From positions 130,200,001 through 130,264,000 of the forward strand of contig NC_042998.1 in assembly GCF_006345805.1 (NCBI RefSeq): a stretch of 64,000 nucleotides of DNA, read 5' to 3'. Of this stretch, positions 1-12,902 are shown one piece after another. The first letter of the stretch is position 1. The number at the start of each line of letters is the position of its first letter. The DNA comes from Octopus sinensis. Taxonomy: Eukaryota. The translations under genes were made by a program, and so were the position numbers. A model generated the notes under the pieces. It worked only from the letters and a program-made list of their open reading frames with translations. It had not been told where the DNA came from and did not search any database.

Positions 1-189
1 AAACCTCGGCAGGTCTGTTTTCCCTAACACTGGTGTCTCTTATGAATATAACATCAAAGTCTTATGAAATCCTTAGTAATCTGAAACTATGCCTTGCTTT
101 TCCACATATAATTTTCTACAGATACACACTAAAAAACAGCGACTGTGCACATGCTGCCACGTGTACACGCGTGCAAATTTGAGCGCACC

Positions 190-337
190 TACACACACAC
201 ACAAACACACACATGCACACATACATATATATATACACATACACTAACCTATACGCATGTTAAATATATGTATATATGTGTATGCATATGGTTGTATGTA
301 AATATATATATTTTATCTGTATATATATTTGTGTGTG

Positions 338-382
<45 letters not shown>

Positions 383-830
383 GTGTATATATATACGTAG
401 TCACATGCACACACCTATTTATATGCATATATACACAGATGCGGATGCTCACATAAATAAGCATGCATATTTGTGCATACATATATATGTATGTATTTTT
501 ATGTAATGTGTATACGTACGTATACACAAAGTCAAACGCGCATACATTTTTCGAGCGATTTCTCAAATTGCTACTTAGCAATATCATACAATTATATTTT
601 AAACTAAATCTAGGAAATAGTTTTAGAGTAATTATATTCGATATATATCCTCCTGATATATAGACATATGTGCGTGTATAGACTGTGTGCGTGTTTCTGT
701 GTGTGAGTGTGTGTGCTTGTGTCTGCTAGTGTGTGTGTATGTGCTTGTGTGTGTGTTTGCGTGTGTGCTTGTGTTTGTATGTGTGTGCTTGCGTTTGTGT
801 GTGGTGGGGTGTGTGTCTGTGCATGTTTCT
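190..830. repeat. Compound (CA)n/(TA)n/(TG)n microsatellite field
   Basis: Direct reading; explains the HT/YI/CV-rich ORFs in the track. Similar fields recur throughout (e.g. 10130-12070, 22390-22535, 30000-30190, 56630-56780). Confidence 0.95.
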
Positions 831-2452
831 TCAATTTCACACACAAGCAGTTACATACAATATAGTAAGAGTTACGTGTTGAAAAGCCCTTGTATAAACT
901 ATAGCCACACATATGTATGTATTTATATAATTACAAGGTAAGTAAAAGTGTACGTACGCCGTTATATGAACGTATAAATCCTCAAAATGGAATAAGGATG
1001 CAACTGACGTCAATAAAACATCCGGACAGATAGGTGATACGATGACGGACAAGAAAAACAATAAAAAGACGGACAGAACAAAACTAGGACGGGCCATTCA
1101 TGGCCTTCTCTCATCAGTCAAGTTTTCACATCATCCTTACAGTTTCGGCCGGTTACACTTGAGACTGTTCAAATCTGGTTGACCCTAAAAATCTAAGCTA
1201 GGAACATTAAATATTTTGGAAAAAAGCAAGTGAATGTGTACGACAACAAAAACAAAAAAGACCAACAAAGAAAGGAACAAGATTCCATGGGAGAGGAACA
1301 TCTTCATGAGACGACGACGAATATTGCAAATTTCTTCAACCAATATCCCAAAAGTAATGAAATGTTCTGCTGAAAGCCAACACTGACGGAGATTGAAAAA
1401 GCCTGCAAGAATCCTATATGAAGGAGGCAACAGCTTTGAGCTGAAACTAATAATATATTTACTGGGTATTAGTGGAAAACATTTGCCCTTAGTACAAGTC
1501 GTGTTTACAAATTGAGTTTCGTAACCACTTAGTTATGTAGAATATTTTTGTATATAGTTTAGTCGATCTTAGGTAGGTTACTCTACATTTCATTCAAGAA
1601 TCAGACCCTAACTATGTGTAACAAACTAACTCTATGAAGACTGGACTTCTCTTAACATAAAATGACTTATTTAATATTGCTGTTGTGTGATGTCTTAAGT
1701 GAAATGAGAACGCTAGTGAACATTGATACCAAGTTCATTTCATTCTAGACACGAATTCTTCAGGCCAGGTGCCATAGCGCTCTATGATATGTATCCGTAG
1801 CTACTTCTGTATTATGTAAGGTAAATAAAAAAATCAAACAGTCATCAAAAAGTTGTTCTAAAAATCTATAAATGCTAAGCCCCTTGCCAAACTGCCGAAC
1901 TGAAATCTCTCAGTTAAGAAGTTCTGCAAGGATTTTGATTATACATCATTAAACCCACATAATGTTACTCACATCACCAGTAACAAACGAATAAAATCGG
2001 TGACACGCTCCTGTGAGCCATGAACTTATTGGCAAGAAATTATATAATGAAATTTGCAGGAAGGATAATCCTTAGGAACGGCGAAGTGAAGGGAATACTT
2101 GCTCATAAAATGTGAGCTTAAAAGAATTGGCATAATGATCTGGGACAGAGGAAATAAATTATGCTCAGTAATTTAAAGCGGTTAACAAGATGTTAACATA
2201 ATATTACAGATTATATGTATAATTACATAATCGCATACATATATAATTACACTTTTAAATACATTCAGAAGAGATTATCTGGATGAGGTTTTCTAAATTC
2301 CAATGAAAGAAACTTGTTTTTTTGTTTGAAACAGACTCATTTTCCATTAATGAGAAATTCAAAATATAAAAGCACACACACACACACAAAAACACGCACA
2401 CACACACACACACTCACACAGACACACACATACACACACATACACATATACG

Positions 2453-2499
2453 TTGTCGATGGCTATTGAAATAGCCGAAACAGTTCAGTCAGTCTAAGG
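2453..2499 (+). ncRNA. Degenerate, 5'-truncated hammerhead ribozyme motif, same family as 34538
   Basis: ttgtcga-t-GGCTAT-tgaa-ATAGCC-GAAAC-agttcagtca-GTC-taagg. The downstream flank (aattctcggttcgg...gattacagtccct) is similar to the flank of the 34538 motif. Core is damaged and the 5' strand of stem I is lost. Confidence 0.5.
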
Positions 2500-3810
2500 A
2501 ATTCTCGGTTCGGTGTTCGAGGTGATTACAGTCCCTCTCAGAATATATGCTATGTGCTTTACAGCAGCATTATTGTTCAGCAATACTAATAATCATCTCT
2601 GACAGGCTCGCATCAGGTCTACAAGGCCTGATCTTGAACTGCAGTAGCAGTGATATCTTTTGTAGGTGATGCAACTTGACGTAGCAGAGAAGTGATTGCT
2701 CTCATGTGCTCTGTCGTATTCACTCAATTGTTTCTCTTCAGTGATTGCAACTATGAACTTCAGTCATTCTTCGTGTAGCAGGGCTTTCTCCTTCCAAATG
2801 ACTGGAGAAGCCAAAGTCCTTCTCACGTCTCTTCAATACTTGCCTGTATGGCAACCACTGGCCACCACGGCACCGCTTGCCCTGATGCTGTTCAGCATAA
2901 AAAATTACATTTGGGAGTCTGCCATACTGCATCCTGCACACATATTCCGCCGAGCGCGGTTGTGATGAAGTAATGAAGGCCTCCACACAAACTGCACAAG
3001 CGGCGCATAGGACCTCTACTTCAGGAATGCGATTCTACCATCGGATATGAAAGATAGAGCTAGACTTGCGACTGGGATTTGAAGTGCTTCCGTTATAGGG
3101 ACATGCATTCCGTGCCATTGAGAAAGCAAAAGACCACTGTGGTACTGTACACCTTTATCTCAGGAGAGAGACAAAACATTTTGTGGTTGAATGTAATTGC
3201 CACTCAACTTCGAGGTCAGAAGAATTAGATGGGTAAAAGCGTCGGTGTACTTCAGGGAATTTCCGTGTACCATTACTGGCTCGTGTTGTCTCGATCTATA
3301 AGGATACCTTGGTGGGAGAGGTAATACAGTAACTTAGTTTCTGAAGTGTTGGCATTTAGATCACCCCCCCCCCCCACACACACACACATACACACACACG
3401 CACTCGCGTATATTGGGTCATCCCATAAACAACGCAGCTTTTTTACACATTTGTATATTTTTCCAAATTTAAGATAAGCTAAGTTCTTTGTAATCTAAAA
3501 CATACACCCCTTCATTTACTATAATACTCTTCCATCTATTTGCAAGGCTTCCAAAATTCACTTGTTCGTAACGAAAAATATTCCTCGAAATACTAAAAAT
3601 AGTACCGTTCTGATCTCGGCTACAAAATTCATATTTTTTCCGCCCACATGATTTTGAAGACTGCAGAGTAAATGGTAATCAAATGGGACAAGTCCGGCGA
3701 TTATGGCGGGTGAGGCATCGTTTTTCATACAAGCTGCTCGAGCCTCTGGAATGTCCATCCTCTCTCTATGTGACTGAGCATTATCCTGATGGAAGAACAC
3801 CTTTCTTCTT

Positions 3811-4123
3811 TTATATAATTTACATTATTTACATTTGACGTATATTTGTCCTCATCTTGTTTGTTGTTGGTACAACGTTTCGGCTGAAATACCCCCCATC
3901 CTTCATCAGGTGTCGTAGGGAACCTATATGCTAGGACACAACAACCACCTAAGTAGACCGAGTGCAGATATGAATAGCATATGGGATCCGGTATTAAGGA
4001 AGGAAAATATTAGATTTATAAGCCCTAAAATTCACTGCATAATTGCACACAGGCACATGACGCGGTGGATAAGAGTGCAGGCTACTAACTCCAAAACTCC
4101 GAGTTCAATTCCAGGCAGTGACT

Positions 4124-4177
<54 letters not shown>

Positions 4178-4284
4178 GTAACAACAACAACAACAACATC
4201 GAAAAATACCTTAGGAATGAGAACCCAGGGTGTATCAGCCGAAACGTTGTGTTAATTCCTCATCTCTTAAATATAGAACTGGAT
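3811..4284. mobile_element. Composite SINE insertion with 10-bp target-site duplication
   Basis: CTTTCTTCTT at 3801-3810 and 4285-4294; removing the insert restores the transposase reading SRRK|VFFHQDNA. Contains a tRNA-like head (about 4052-4125; A-box-like TGACGCGGTGG, B-box-like GAGTTCAATTCC), an (AAT)n/(AAC)n tract and inverted copies of the same tail. Confidence 0.85.
3869..3914 (-). ncRNA. Minimal type I hammerhead ribozyme in SINE tail
   Basis: Minus strand: gacac-CTGATGA-a-ggatg-gggggtattt-cagcc-GAAAC-GTT-gtacc. The sister partial copy at 4236-4253 (+) reads cagcc-GAAACGTT-gtgtt, which pairs with gacac. Confidence 0.72.
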
Positions 4285-5131
4285 CTTTCTTCTTGAAACC
4301 AAAGATAGTCGTTTTTCTTCTAGCGCTGACTTAAGCCTCTCAAGCTGCTTGCAGTAGATTTCCTTTGTTATAATATCGGTTTAAGTTTATAAGTTCAAAG
4401 TGGACTAAATGGCATATGCCACTTACGTGGGTGAAGACCTCTTTTAGCCTGGGGTGCCGGTGTTTCTCCTTTCCCTACCCACTTTCTTCGGCTCATGAAA
4501 TATTTATAGAGAACCCATTTCTCGTCACCAGTCACGATTTGGTCCAAAAATGGTTCATTCGTGAAACGTGATAGCAAAGAAGAGCACACTCACTCGCTGG
4601 GCTCGATCAGACTCGGAAACTTTGTGAGGAACCCATTGACTCAGTTTGCTGACATATTCGATGGCACGCAGGTGTTAATGAATGGTTGAATGACAAAATC
4701 TAAGTTTTACTGCTAGTTCCTCAACAATTACGATGAAACTTTGTTCCATCAGGATTTGTAGGACACCCTCGTCGAGCTCTACGGATCTTCCAGAACGAGA
4801 CCCGTCATTTAAGCTGTAGTTTCTAGCTCGGAATTTCCGGAACTACCATTGATACTGGCTTATGCTTATTGTCTGATCCCCATATACTGCATTTCGATTC
4901 ATCGCACTTTCCGTTGCGAAATTGTCTTTATTGAATTCATAAGGCAAAATATGCCTTTGTCACTTCTATTATAGCATTGTAAAATCGAACTGCACTCTAC
5001 AAATCTTGCGCTAAGAATAGGGACAAGGTATTGTTACTACCTGCTTTTATAGTAAGTTGATATAAGTAGTTTATCCTGTCCCCCTTCAGAATTCTAGTTC
5101 ATGCAATTGAAAAGATCGAATTATCTAGGGG

Positions 5132-5560
5132 ATGAACCATTTTTGGACCAAATCGTGATGGTGACGAGAAATGGGTTCTCTATAAATATTTCATGAGCCG
5201 AAGAAAGGTGGGTAGGAAAGGAGAAACACCGGCACCCAGGCTAAAGAGCGGTCTTCACCCACGTAAGTGGCATATGCCATTTAGTCCACTTTGAACATAA
5301 AACTTAAACCGATATTATAACAAAGGAAATCTACTGCAAGCAGCTTGAGAGGCTTAAGTCAGCGCTAGAAGAGAAAAACGACTATCTTTGGTTTCAAGAA
5401 GAAAGATCCAGTTCTATATTTAAGAGATGAGGAATTAACACAACGTTTCGGCTGATACACCCTGGGTTCTCATTCCTAAGGTATTTTTCGATGTGTTGTT
5501 GTTGGTTGTGTACTATTATTATTATTTTATTATTATTATTATATTATTATTATTATTATT
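5132..5560 (-). repeat. Inverted near-copy of about 4126-4559
   Basis: Reverse-complement match over about 430 bp, differing almost only by 1-2 nt indels. Confidence 0.9.
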
Positions 5561-5570
5561 AAACCCAATA

Positions 5571-5630
<60 letters not shown>

Positions 5631-5690
5631 TTAGTGAATTGAAGAAATGGAGTTGAACGAAGATTGAACAGAAATCGTCGTTTTATTGCA

Positions 5691-5769
5691 TTCTACACGT
5701 GTTTCGAAGGCACAATTTACCAAATTCCGATTGAATAAGGAGACAATTGTGTGTTTTTCTCTTCAGGAA
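5691..5769 (-). ncRNA. Type I hammerhead ribozyme with extended stem II
   Basis: Minus strand: ttc-CTGAAGA-gaa..cacaatt....aattgtg..ttc-GAAAC-acgt-GTA-gaa. Stem III is the perfect palindrome ACACGTGT; stem I is only 3 bp. Confidence 0.78.
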
Positions 5770-6280
5770 GAAATAGGAAATCCGTTGGAAAAAAACAAAA
5801 AAAGAACAGAGGCGGAGCAAAACAAATCGAACGAGGCTGTGATTTTTGCTACCAAGGGATCGGTTAAACTTTTGATTAATCTGCAACAAGATTATTCATC
5901 TTTCTATTTCACAAAATATATATATATATATATATATAATGGTTCATATATATATACATACATAAGATAAGACTCTAATCAAAATGATTATATCAGTGGC
6001 CTAGTGTAGCGCATAAAAATGAAGGTATAGGTAAAATTAGTTTTTCAAGTGTGTGATTATAAAAAAAAATATAATTAAAATTAGGGCTATTGGAAAGATC
6101 AGCCGCCTGCGCTAGAAATAGGTGTCAAATACCTACAAATTTTCATGATAAAACAGTCTACATTTATATATGTGTGGGTGTGCGTGTGCGTGTGCGCATG
6201 CGTGTTTGTGTGTGTGTGTGTGTGTTTGTGTCTCTTCTGTATCTACAGCTGTATATATGCATGTATGTATGTATGCATGT

Positions 6281-7175
6281 CATTGCTGAGTTTTATTTCA
6301 AGATTTCTTGTGAATAGAGAAAGAGCCGGTTTCTAAACAAGATCCAAGGCTCCTTCATTGGAATTTTAACATCAGCAACAGGGTATACTAGTTTGTGTGT
6401 ATGAATGTATGTATATATGTATGTATGTATGCATATATGTGAAGATTTATTTTGTTTTATGTATATATTCTCTTGCATATTGCTGCATATCTAGACATGC
6501 TCATATATATTTAAATGATAAACTTCTGGAAAGTTTTACAGATTTTTACAGTTCCAGTGATGGATTGTATCTGTAGTCTCTAAATTAGCTTTCTCCTTTC
6601 TGGTTTTGAGACGCCTGATTTCTCCAGAGTGTGTTACATATCCCAGGGACCCAATAATTTCAGGTATAAACCCGAAGTTATAATCTGGATAGAGTAGCTG
6701 CAGATTTCCCAGTAGTTCAACGTAGATATTCTATTTTCCACTGATCTCCAAATTTATGTTAACATCCGCTGGGCAACTGATTTCTCCAACTGTTCATAGT
6801 TTCTCTTCTCTATCCCAAATCATTATATCAGGACTTTTGTGCTTACATTTTATTGAGGTCATCACTTGGACATTCCACCAGTCCTTTTTTATTATGAGTG
6901 GCTATGGCTTCTACAATACTGTGGGTCCGTATTTCTTTGTACTCGGGGTTATCCTTTCGACTGATTTCATTATAGATTGTCCTTGCTACAACATCATATC
7001 TCATTGGTAGATAATATCGTAATGACATTTTCGGACAACTGCTTATGATGTGGGTCATATCTCCGGTGTTAATTCCACAAAGTTTGCATCGATTGTCACA
7101 TTTTACTGCTTTTCCTGCATCTATATCCCGTTTGTGCACCGTGTATTTGGTTGATATTGCCTGTTTCTGGATTGC
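6281..7175 (-). mobile_element. 5'-truncated non-LTR retrotransposon, restriction-like endonuclease type (R4/Dong-like)
   Basis: CCHC knuckle CKLCGINTGDMTHIISSC, then WWNV, SPDIMIWD...EISCP (PD-(D/E)xK region) and IIGSLG. (CATA)n/(TATG)n tracts on both sides. Confidence 0.88.
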
Positions 7176-7906
7176 ATGTATGTATGTAAGTATGTATGTA
7201 TGTTTATATGTAAGTATGTATTGCGAAATAATATGATATAACTCTCAGTGTGTAGACACATATGTTATACCTTAACGTCTAGCATACAGCAATCCAAGCA
7301 TGCAGTGCTGCTTTGCTAAAGTGACAGACTTGAAAGTACTAAATATTTGGCCCGTTTCTTAACTGCCTAAGCTGTCGAATTCTATTATTTCCTCCTTTTT
7401 ATCGGTTAGCAACAAACGGAAACAATATGTTCAATAGTTTCGCTCGCATCTGAATAAAATTAACAAATAAAAAAAAATGATGATATTAATGTATTTGTAA
7501 CAAAACACTTTTTGCTCAATGGCACACATTATATGGTGGGGTTGGTATTGTTAATCAGCTTGTATTTAAAATCAATACTTATCAACAATGGATCCAAGAA
7601 TTCTGCGGTTATCCATTATGCCAGAAGGACTTATCACAGAGTATATTTTTTGTATCTTGTCTCCGTTTGCTGAATTACAACATACTTGCATATATAGTTA
7701 TGTATGCAAGCACGTACATATGCACATAACCTACGCACATATATACAATTGCGCCGGTAGGTTTTATATGTACGTATATGTATATGTGTATATGTTAATG
7801 TATCATATAAATATATGTATACATGCTTATATATATATATATATAGATAGATATATAAGTATACACACAAACACACACCCACGCATAAATATGCAGATAA
7901 TGTTTA

Positions 7907-7945
<39 letters not shown>

Positions 7946-8136
7946 TGTGTGTGTGTGTATATATATTTATGTATACATATTTTTATACCTATACACACAG
8001 TATATAAATGCATATGGATTGCATGGTTATTTCTACATATCTAAATTTCTCGAAAAATGCGTATTACAGATAATCACTATTTTTAATTGTTGATGATTTA
8101 AATCCAAAGGTAACTTCCACAATTCTCCAGAATATA

Positions 8137-8328
8137 TGAGGTGTGCTGGAAAGTTCCTGGCGTTGGGTAAATGAGAATGCAGGAGGATCAAACAATTATG
8201 ATTTTATTGAACATATTTGCATCTCAGTTTCACACACTTATTGCCTTGCAACAGAACTCGGAAGCCTGGGCTTCCAACCAGGCCTTTTGCGATATTATTA
8301 AAGCCAGCAATATTTTAGCACCATCTGG
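8137..8328. mobile_element. Mariner-derived MITE
   Basis: TA-flanked imperfect TIRs TGAGGTGTGCTGGAAAGTTCCTGGC and GCCAGCAATATTTTAGCACCATCTGG. Confidence 0.6.
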
Positions 8329-9627
8329 TATATAAATATATTCCACCCCAAACCGTAGATTCAAATATTTTACTATCGTCTAAGTACCTGATTAAGTAGT
8401 TTTCTCCAAACTATCTGTTTTTAAGGGCACACGCAGTGATTGCTCACTCGATCACAATATGTTTTTCCCATTCTGAAATGGATGCATGATAAATTGGAGT
8501 GCCAGGCAGGGTTTTTCATTTTTATCTTGAAAAATTCTGACAGTATCGGAATCAATAATCTGTACGGAGATGACGAACACAAACCTTAATTTTGACGATG
8601 GCTGTCGTTCTACCTAAACGCAAAAGATTGATCCTAACTGATTCGGATTGATGATGACAGTTGAAGATAATCTAGCAAAGGTAATGTTTCTCAGCAAAGT
8701 TTTCACACAACGTCAATGTCAAACAAGCCGTTCGAGAATTAAACATTAGCACACAGGATAAAAAAAAAAGCCCATAATACAACAAAAGAAAAAGTAAACG
8801 CTCAAAAGCAAGGAATTTCTTCATGATCATTCGACATACTAAAATGCAGCAAATCTTTTGGGGGAAATGACTCTATTAAACACTGAAGAAGAATTCTGGG
8901 ACAACAGTTCAATTCATCCTGAAAAAGACGTAACGTCATGACTTGGATAGTATTTAAATCTAAGTCTGTTTTTATTTGGGATAACCTGGAGCTAAACAGC
9001 AATACCAGTCACAACAACCGTACGAACCTCACTGTCAAGAGTTAATAGATTATTTAAGAGGACTGCTAGCATATATCCCATGTTTTTTATTTCCATTTGT
9101 GAAGTACATCACAGAAGGAATTTTTACAGTGTTTGTAGCATCAAGCAAAAGCAGTGACAATGAAATGCCAAAATGTGCACTCTTCTTACCAGTGATAGTA
9201 CTACAAATATGCAACATATTAATGGTTATAGCTGATCTCCTATATCTAATATTGTTCTTGCCCTTGAAGTAGTATATTGTCTGACTGGAAAGCAGTGAAA
9301 TGATCTTACCTTAATGGTGTCTTCTTCATCGTGAGGATCGTGGAAAGTGAGGTACTACATGTAAAGAGGAAAGAGAAATAATTCTTTCACTCACTCTGCA
9401 ATGATAAAATGTGTGTCCTATCAATGATGAGGAATTGAAACAGAATTAAAAGTTTGTTTGCCGCTCTATTAACTGGCATCTCAACAAGAAAGAAATCACT
9501 AGTAGAGACAATTTTTAAATTTATGAAGGATTTTTGTCTTGTCCCAAATCGTGCTTGGGCTAACAAAGAACAACAAAAGTAGTTTGCAATTACCGTTAGG
9601 CAAACTAGTGCTATGCATAATATTGGT

Positions 9628-9945
9628 TACAAATTTTGGCACAAGGTTACCAGTTTGGGACGAGGGAGTAAGTCGATTATATCGACTCCACTGTTCAGCC
9701 GGTGCTTATTTTCTGGAAAGCAGACGACCTCGGTGAAATACCGATCAGCAATTTCCCGGCGTGCCAATGATTCTACCAGCTCGCCACCTCAGTGCTATTC
9801 ATAATAGTGATTTCAAATTTTGGCATAAGGTCAATAATTTCAGGATGGGACTAAATCAATTACATCGACCTCAGTACTCAACGACTACTTATTTTATTCA
9901 CTCCGAAAAGATGAATAGTAAAGTCGACTTCGGCGGAATTTGAGG
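9628..9945 (-). mobile_element. Two tandem decayed SINE copies (family of 43424)
   Basis: Reverse-complement similarity to 43424-43858: ccagctcgcc head, aaagtcgacttcggcggaatttga, aaattttggcacaagg tail. Confidence 0.7.
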
Positions 9946-10146
9946 GACGCTGTTAATCATACATCTGTAAGCATACCACATCAGAATCCACAAATGAACT
10001 CAGATGCAAGCACCCGTCTCCGAAGGAGCGGTAAAAAACTCTTTGCATAAATAAAAAGTTCTAAGAAATTCTTTACAGATACATGAGTGTGCTTCTACAT
10101 ATGCATTAGACAAATGCAGAAGGTGAATTATATATATGTACATATA

Positions 10147-10220
<74 letters not shown>

Positions 10221-10367
10221 GTGTATATCTGTATATATATATTTTATTAAACTTTTAATAATTTTGATATATATTTAAAATAATATAAATTAATTAATTT
10301 TATGTATTGGCTTAAGTTTTTCATTGTTTGATTTGCCTAATAGTGGTTTTATCTCTCTAATTTAATA

Positions 10368-10411
<44 letters not shown>

Positions 10412-10706
10412 TATAGAAAGAGGGAGAGAGACGGGAAACAGAGAGAGAGCTATTAGTGAAAGATTATTAATCCGGGTAAAATACATTATGAGTTCTGTTA
10501 TCACACGACGTTAACAATATTGTCTAGATTAGCAAAGAACTCCGCTTGTTCTTGTGGCAGGGGCGAAGTTATAGTTCATCTATGGCTCTAGGCTCTACTC
10601 CAGTTACAACTCACTATTAGTCTTATATATATGTATCTATATGTGTGGGTGTGCTTCAGTTGGTGTGTGAATGGAATTCGTGGCGCAGGGACTATATATA
10701 TATATG

Positions 10707-10781
<75 letters not shown>

Positions 10782-10791
10782 TGTATGTATG

Positions 10792-10840
<49 letters not shown>

Positions 10841-11148
10841 CAGTCAACTAACTCACATACAGAACCATAAGTATGCCAATATCTATATTTATGAATATTT
10901 ATATACACATCTATCTATATGTAAATGAGCACAAACAGGATTCACACACATGCTTATATAATTTCAATGTGTGTATATGTCAATGCTTATATTGAAGTGT
11001 GACACATTGATATGCTTATTTTTATAAAAGCAACAAACTTTCACAGAAGTGTCAAATCAAAATTTGATAACTCACTTAGACACATTTAAACATATACATG
11101 CATATATATCTACATATATAACGTATCCACAAGTAGCCTATACATACT

Positions 11149-11198
<50 letters not shown>

Positions 11199-11275
11199 TT
11201 GTATGTGTGTGTGCACATATGTACATACACATATATATGTATAAGCATGTATATACGTACGTATGTGTGTATATA

Positions 11276-11306
<31 letters not shown>

Positions 11307-11882
11307 GTATGCATGTATTATATATATATGTTCATAAATATACATATATACATACATACATAAATATGTTTATATATGTATATATATGAATAATTTTTGC
11401 ATTGCTGATGTCTTCTCGAGAACATCCATTTTCTCTTTTGTGTGTGGAATATTAACTATGCGAGTATTTTCACAGAAGAAAAGATATCAGAACAAAAGTG
11501 AAATAATATCAAAAGCATCGTTCTTGATGTCAGAACTGATAGGTGAAGCTAGAATATTTCATATCATTCTAGAAATATATTGCAGTTTCTTTTGATATTA
11601 AAACTCGGCCTTATCTTTCTAGGTTTCACAAGGCAATAGCGTATAAACTTCAAACACTGTGTTGTTGTGTAGAGACTTGAGAGGATACATCATGCATACA
11701 TATTATACACACACGCACACACACACACACCACACACACACACCACACACACCACACACATATATATATATATAGATGTATATACATATATATGTATATA
11801 TTAAAACGTATATATATATATATATATTTATATGTGTGTGTGTATAAAAATGTATAAATGTCATATACATATGATGTATACA

Positions 11883-11926
<44 letters not shown>

Positions 11927-12733
11927 ATATATATAAATATATATAAATATATATATATACATACACACACACATATATATATATACATATGTATGTATAT
12001 ACACATATATATACGTATATATATTAGGCACAAACTTATATGTATAATACACATATACACAGTCATTAATATATATCTATCTCTAAAGTATTGTGTGGAT
12101 TTGTCTGTTTGTCTACGTGTGTGTGTTTATGGTGCGTATTGTTGCATCAATATGCGCTCCTGTTTCTTTTGTGTTTATGGTTAATATTTGAAAAAATATT
12201 TTTCTATAGGTCGCTATGTATATGGTAAGTTCATTTTTATTTCTATAATATGAAATTTGATGAAATTAAACATTGCGTATCACCAGTCATCCATACGCAC
12301 ACGCACCCAAACACATAAACAAATACTTATATCTATATCGATATAGGTGTTCGTCAAAATGCGATGATAAATGATATCTGAAGCAGGTAGCTACGATAGT
12401 ACTCAATAAAATAATCAATTTCGAGCATTATGTTTTGGAATGATAGAAACTTTTGTCATCTCCATACGACAAATACATATAGACGGACATACTGTCTTTC
12501 CTTCATGCATACATGCATACATACATACATACATACATGCATGCATGCATACTTACATACATACATATAAACATGCACACACATACACACATACACACAC
12601 ATACATACATACATGCATATACACATACATACATACATACATACATACATACACACACATACATACATACATACATACATACGTACATACATACATACAC
12701 ACATACATACATGCATACATACATACATACATA

Positions 12734-12902
12734 CAGGGCCGGCTCAAGGTACCGGAAACTTGGGCTGTCCCCGGGGCGCCATGAGTCAGAGGGCGCGAAG
12801 GAGGGCGTGACAAAGACAAGGAAATTTCCACGGCCGTCAGCTTGTACACGCCGAAGATCAGCTTCCCCGGGGCGCCAGCAACAATAGGGCCAGCCCTCCC
12901 TG
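12734..12902. mobile_element. GC-rich hAT-like MITE inside (CATA)n
   Basis: Ends CAGGGCCGGC and GCCAGCCCTCCCTG; internal CCCCGGGGCGCC occurs twice; TSD not clean. Confidence 0.6.

Larger units (their letters stand above)
3413..5568 (-). mobile_element. Decayed mariner (DD34D) transposon, interrupted by a SINE composite and an inverted duplication
   Basis: TA-flanked TIRs TTGGGTCATCCC (3413) and GGGGATGA...ACCCAA (about 5128/5563). Minus-strand motifs EPFLDQIVTGDEKW (ORF 4395-4589) and FFHQDNA...DYHLLCSLQN (ORF 3558-3800). Confidence 0.92.

Noticed and set aside
1727-1771. Minus-strand CTGAAGA-attc/gaat-GAAA
   Set aside because: No stem III or cleavage triplet, and stem I is poor.
7312-7345. 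aagt/actt hairpin followed by GAAAGTACTA
   Set aside because: No CUGANGA core or stem I; probably chance.
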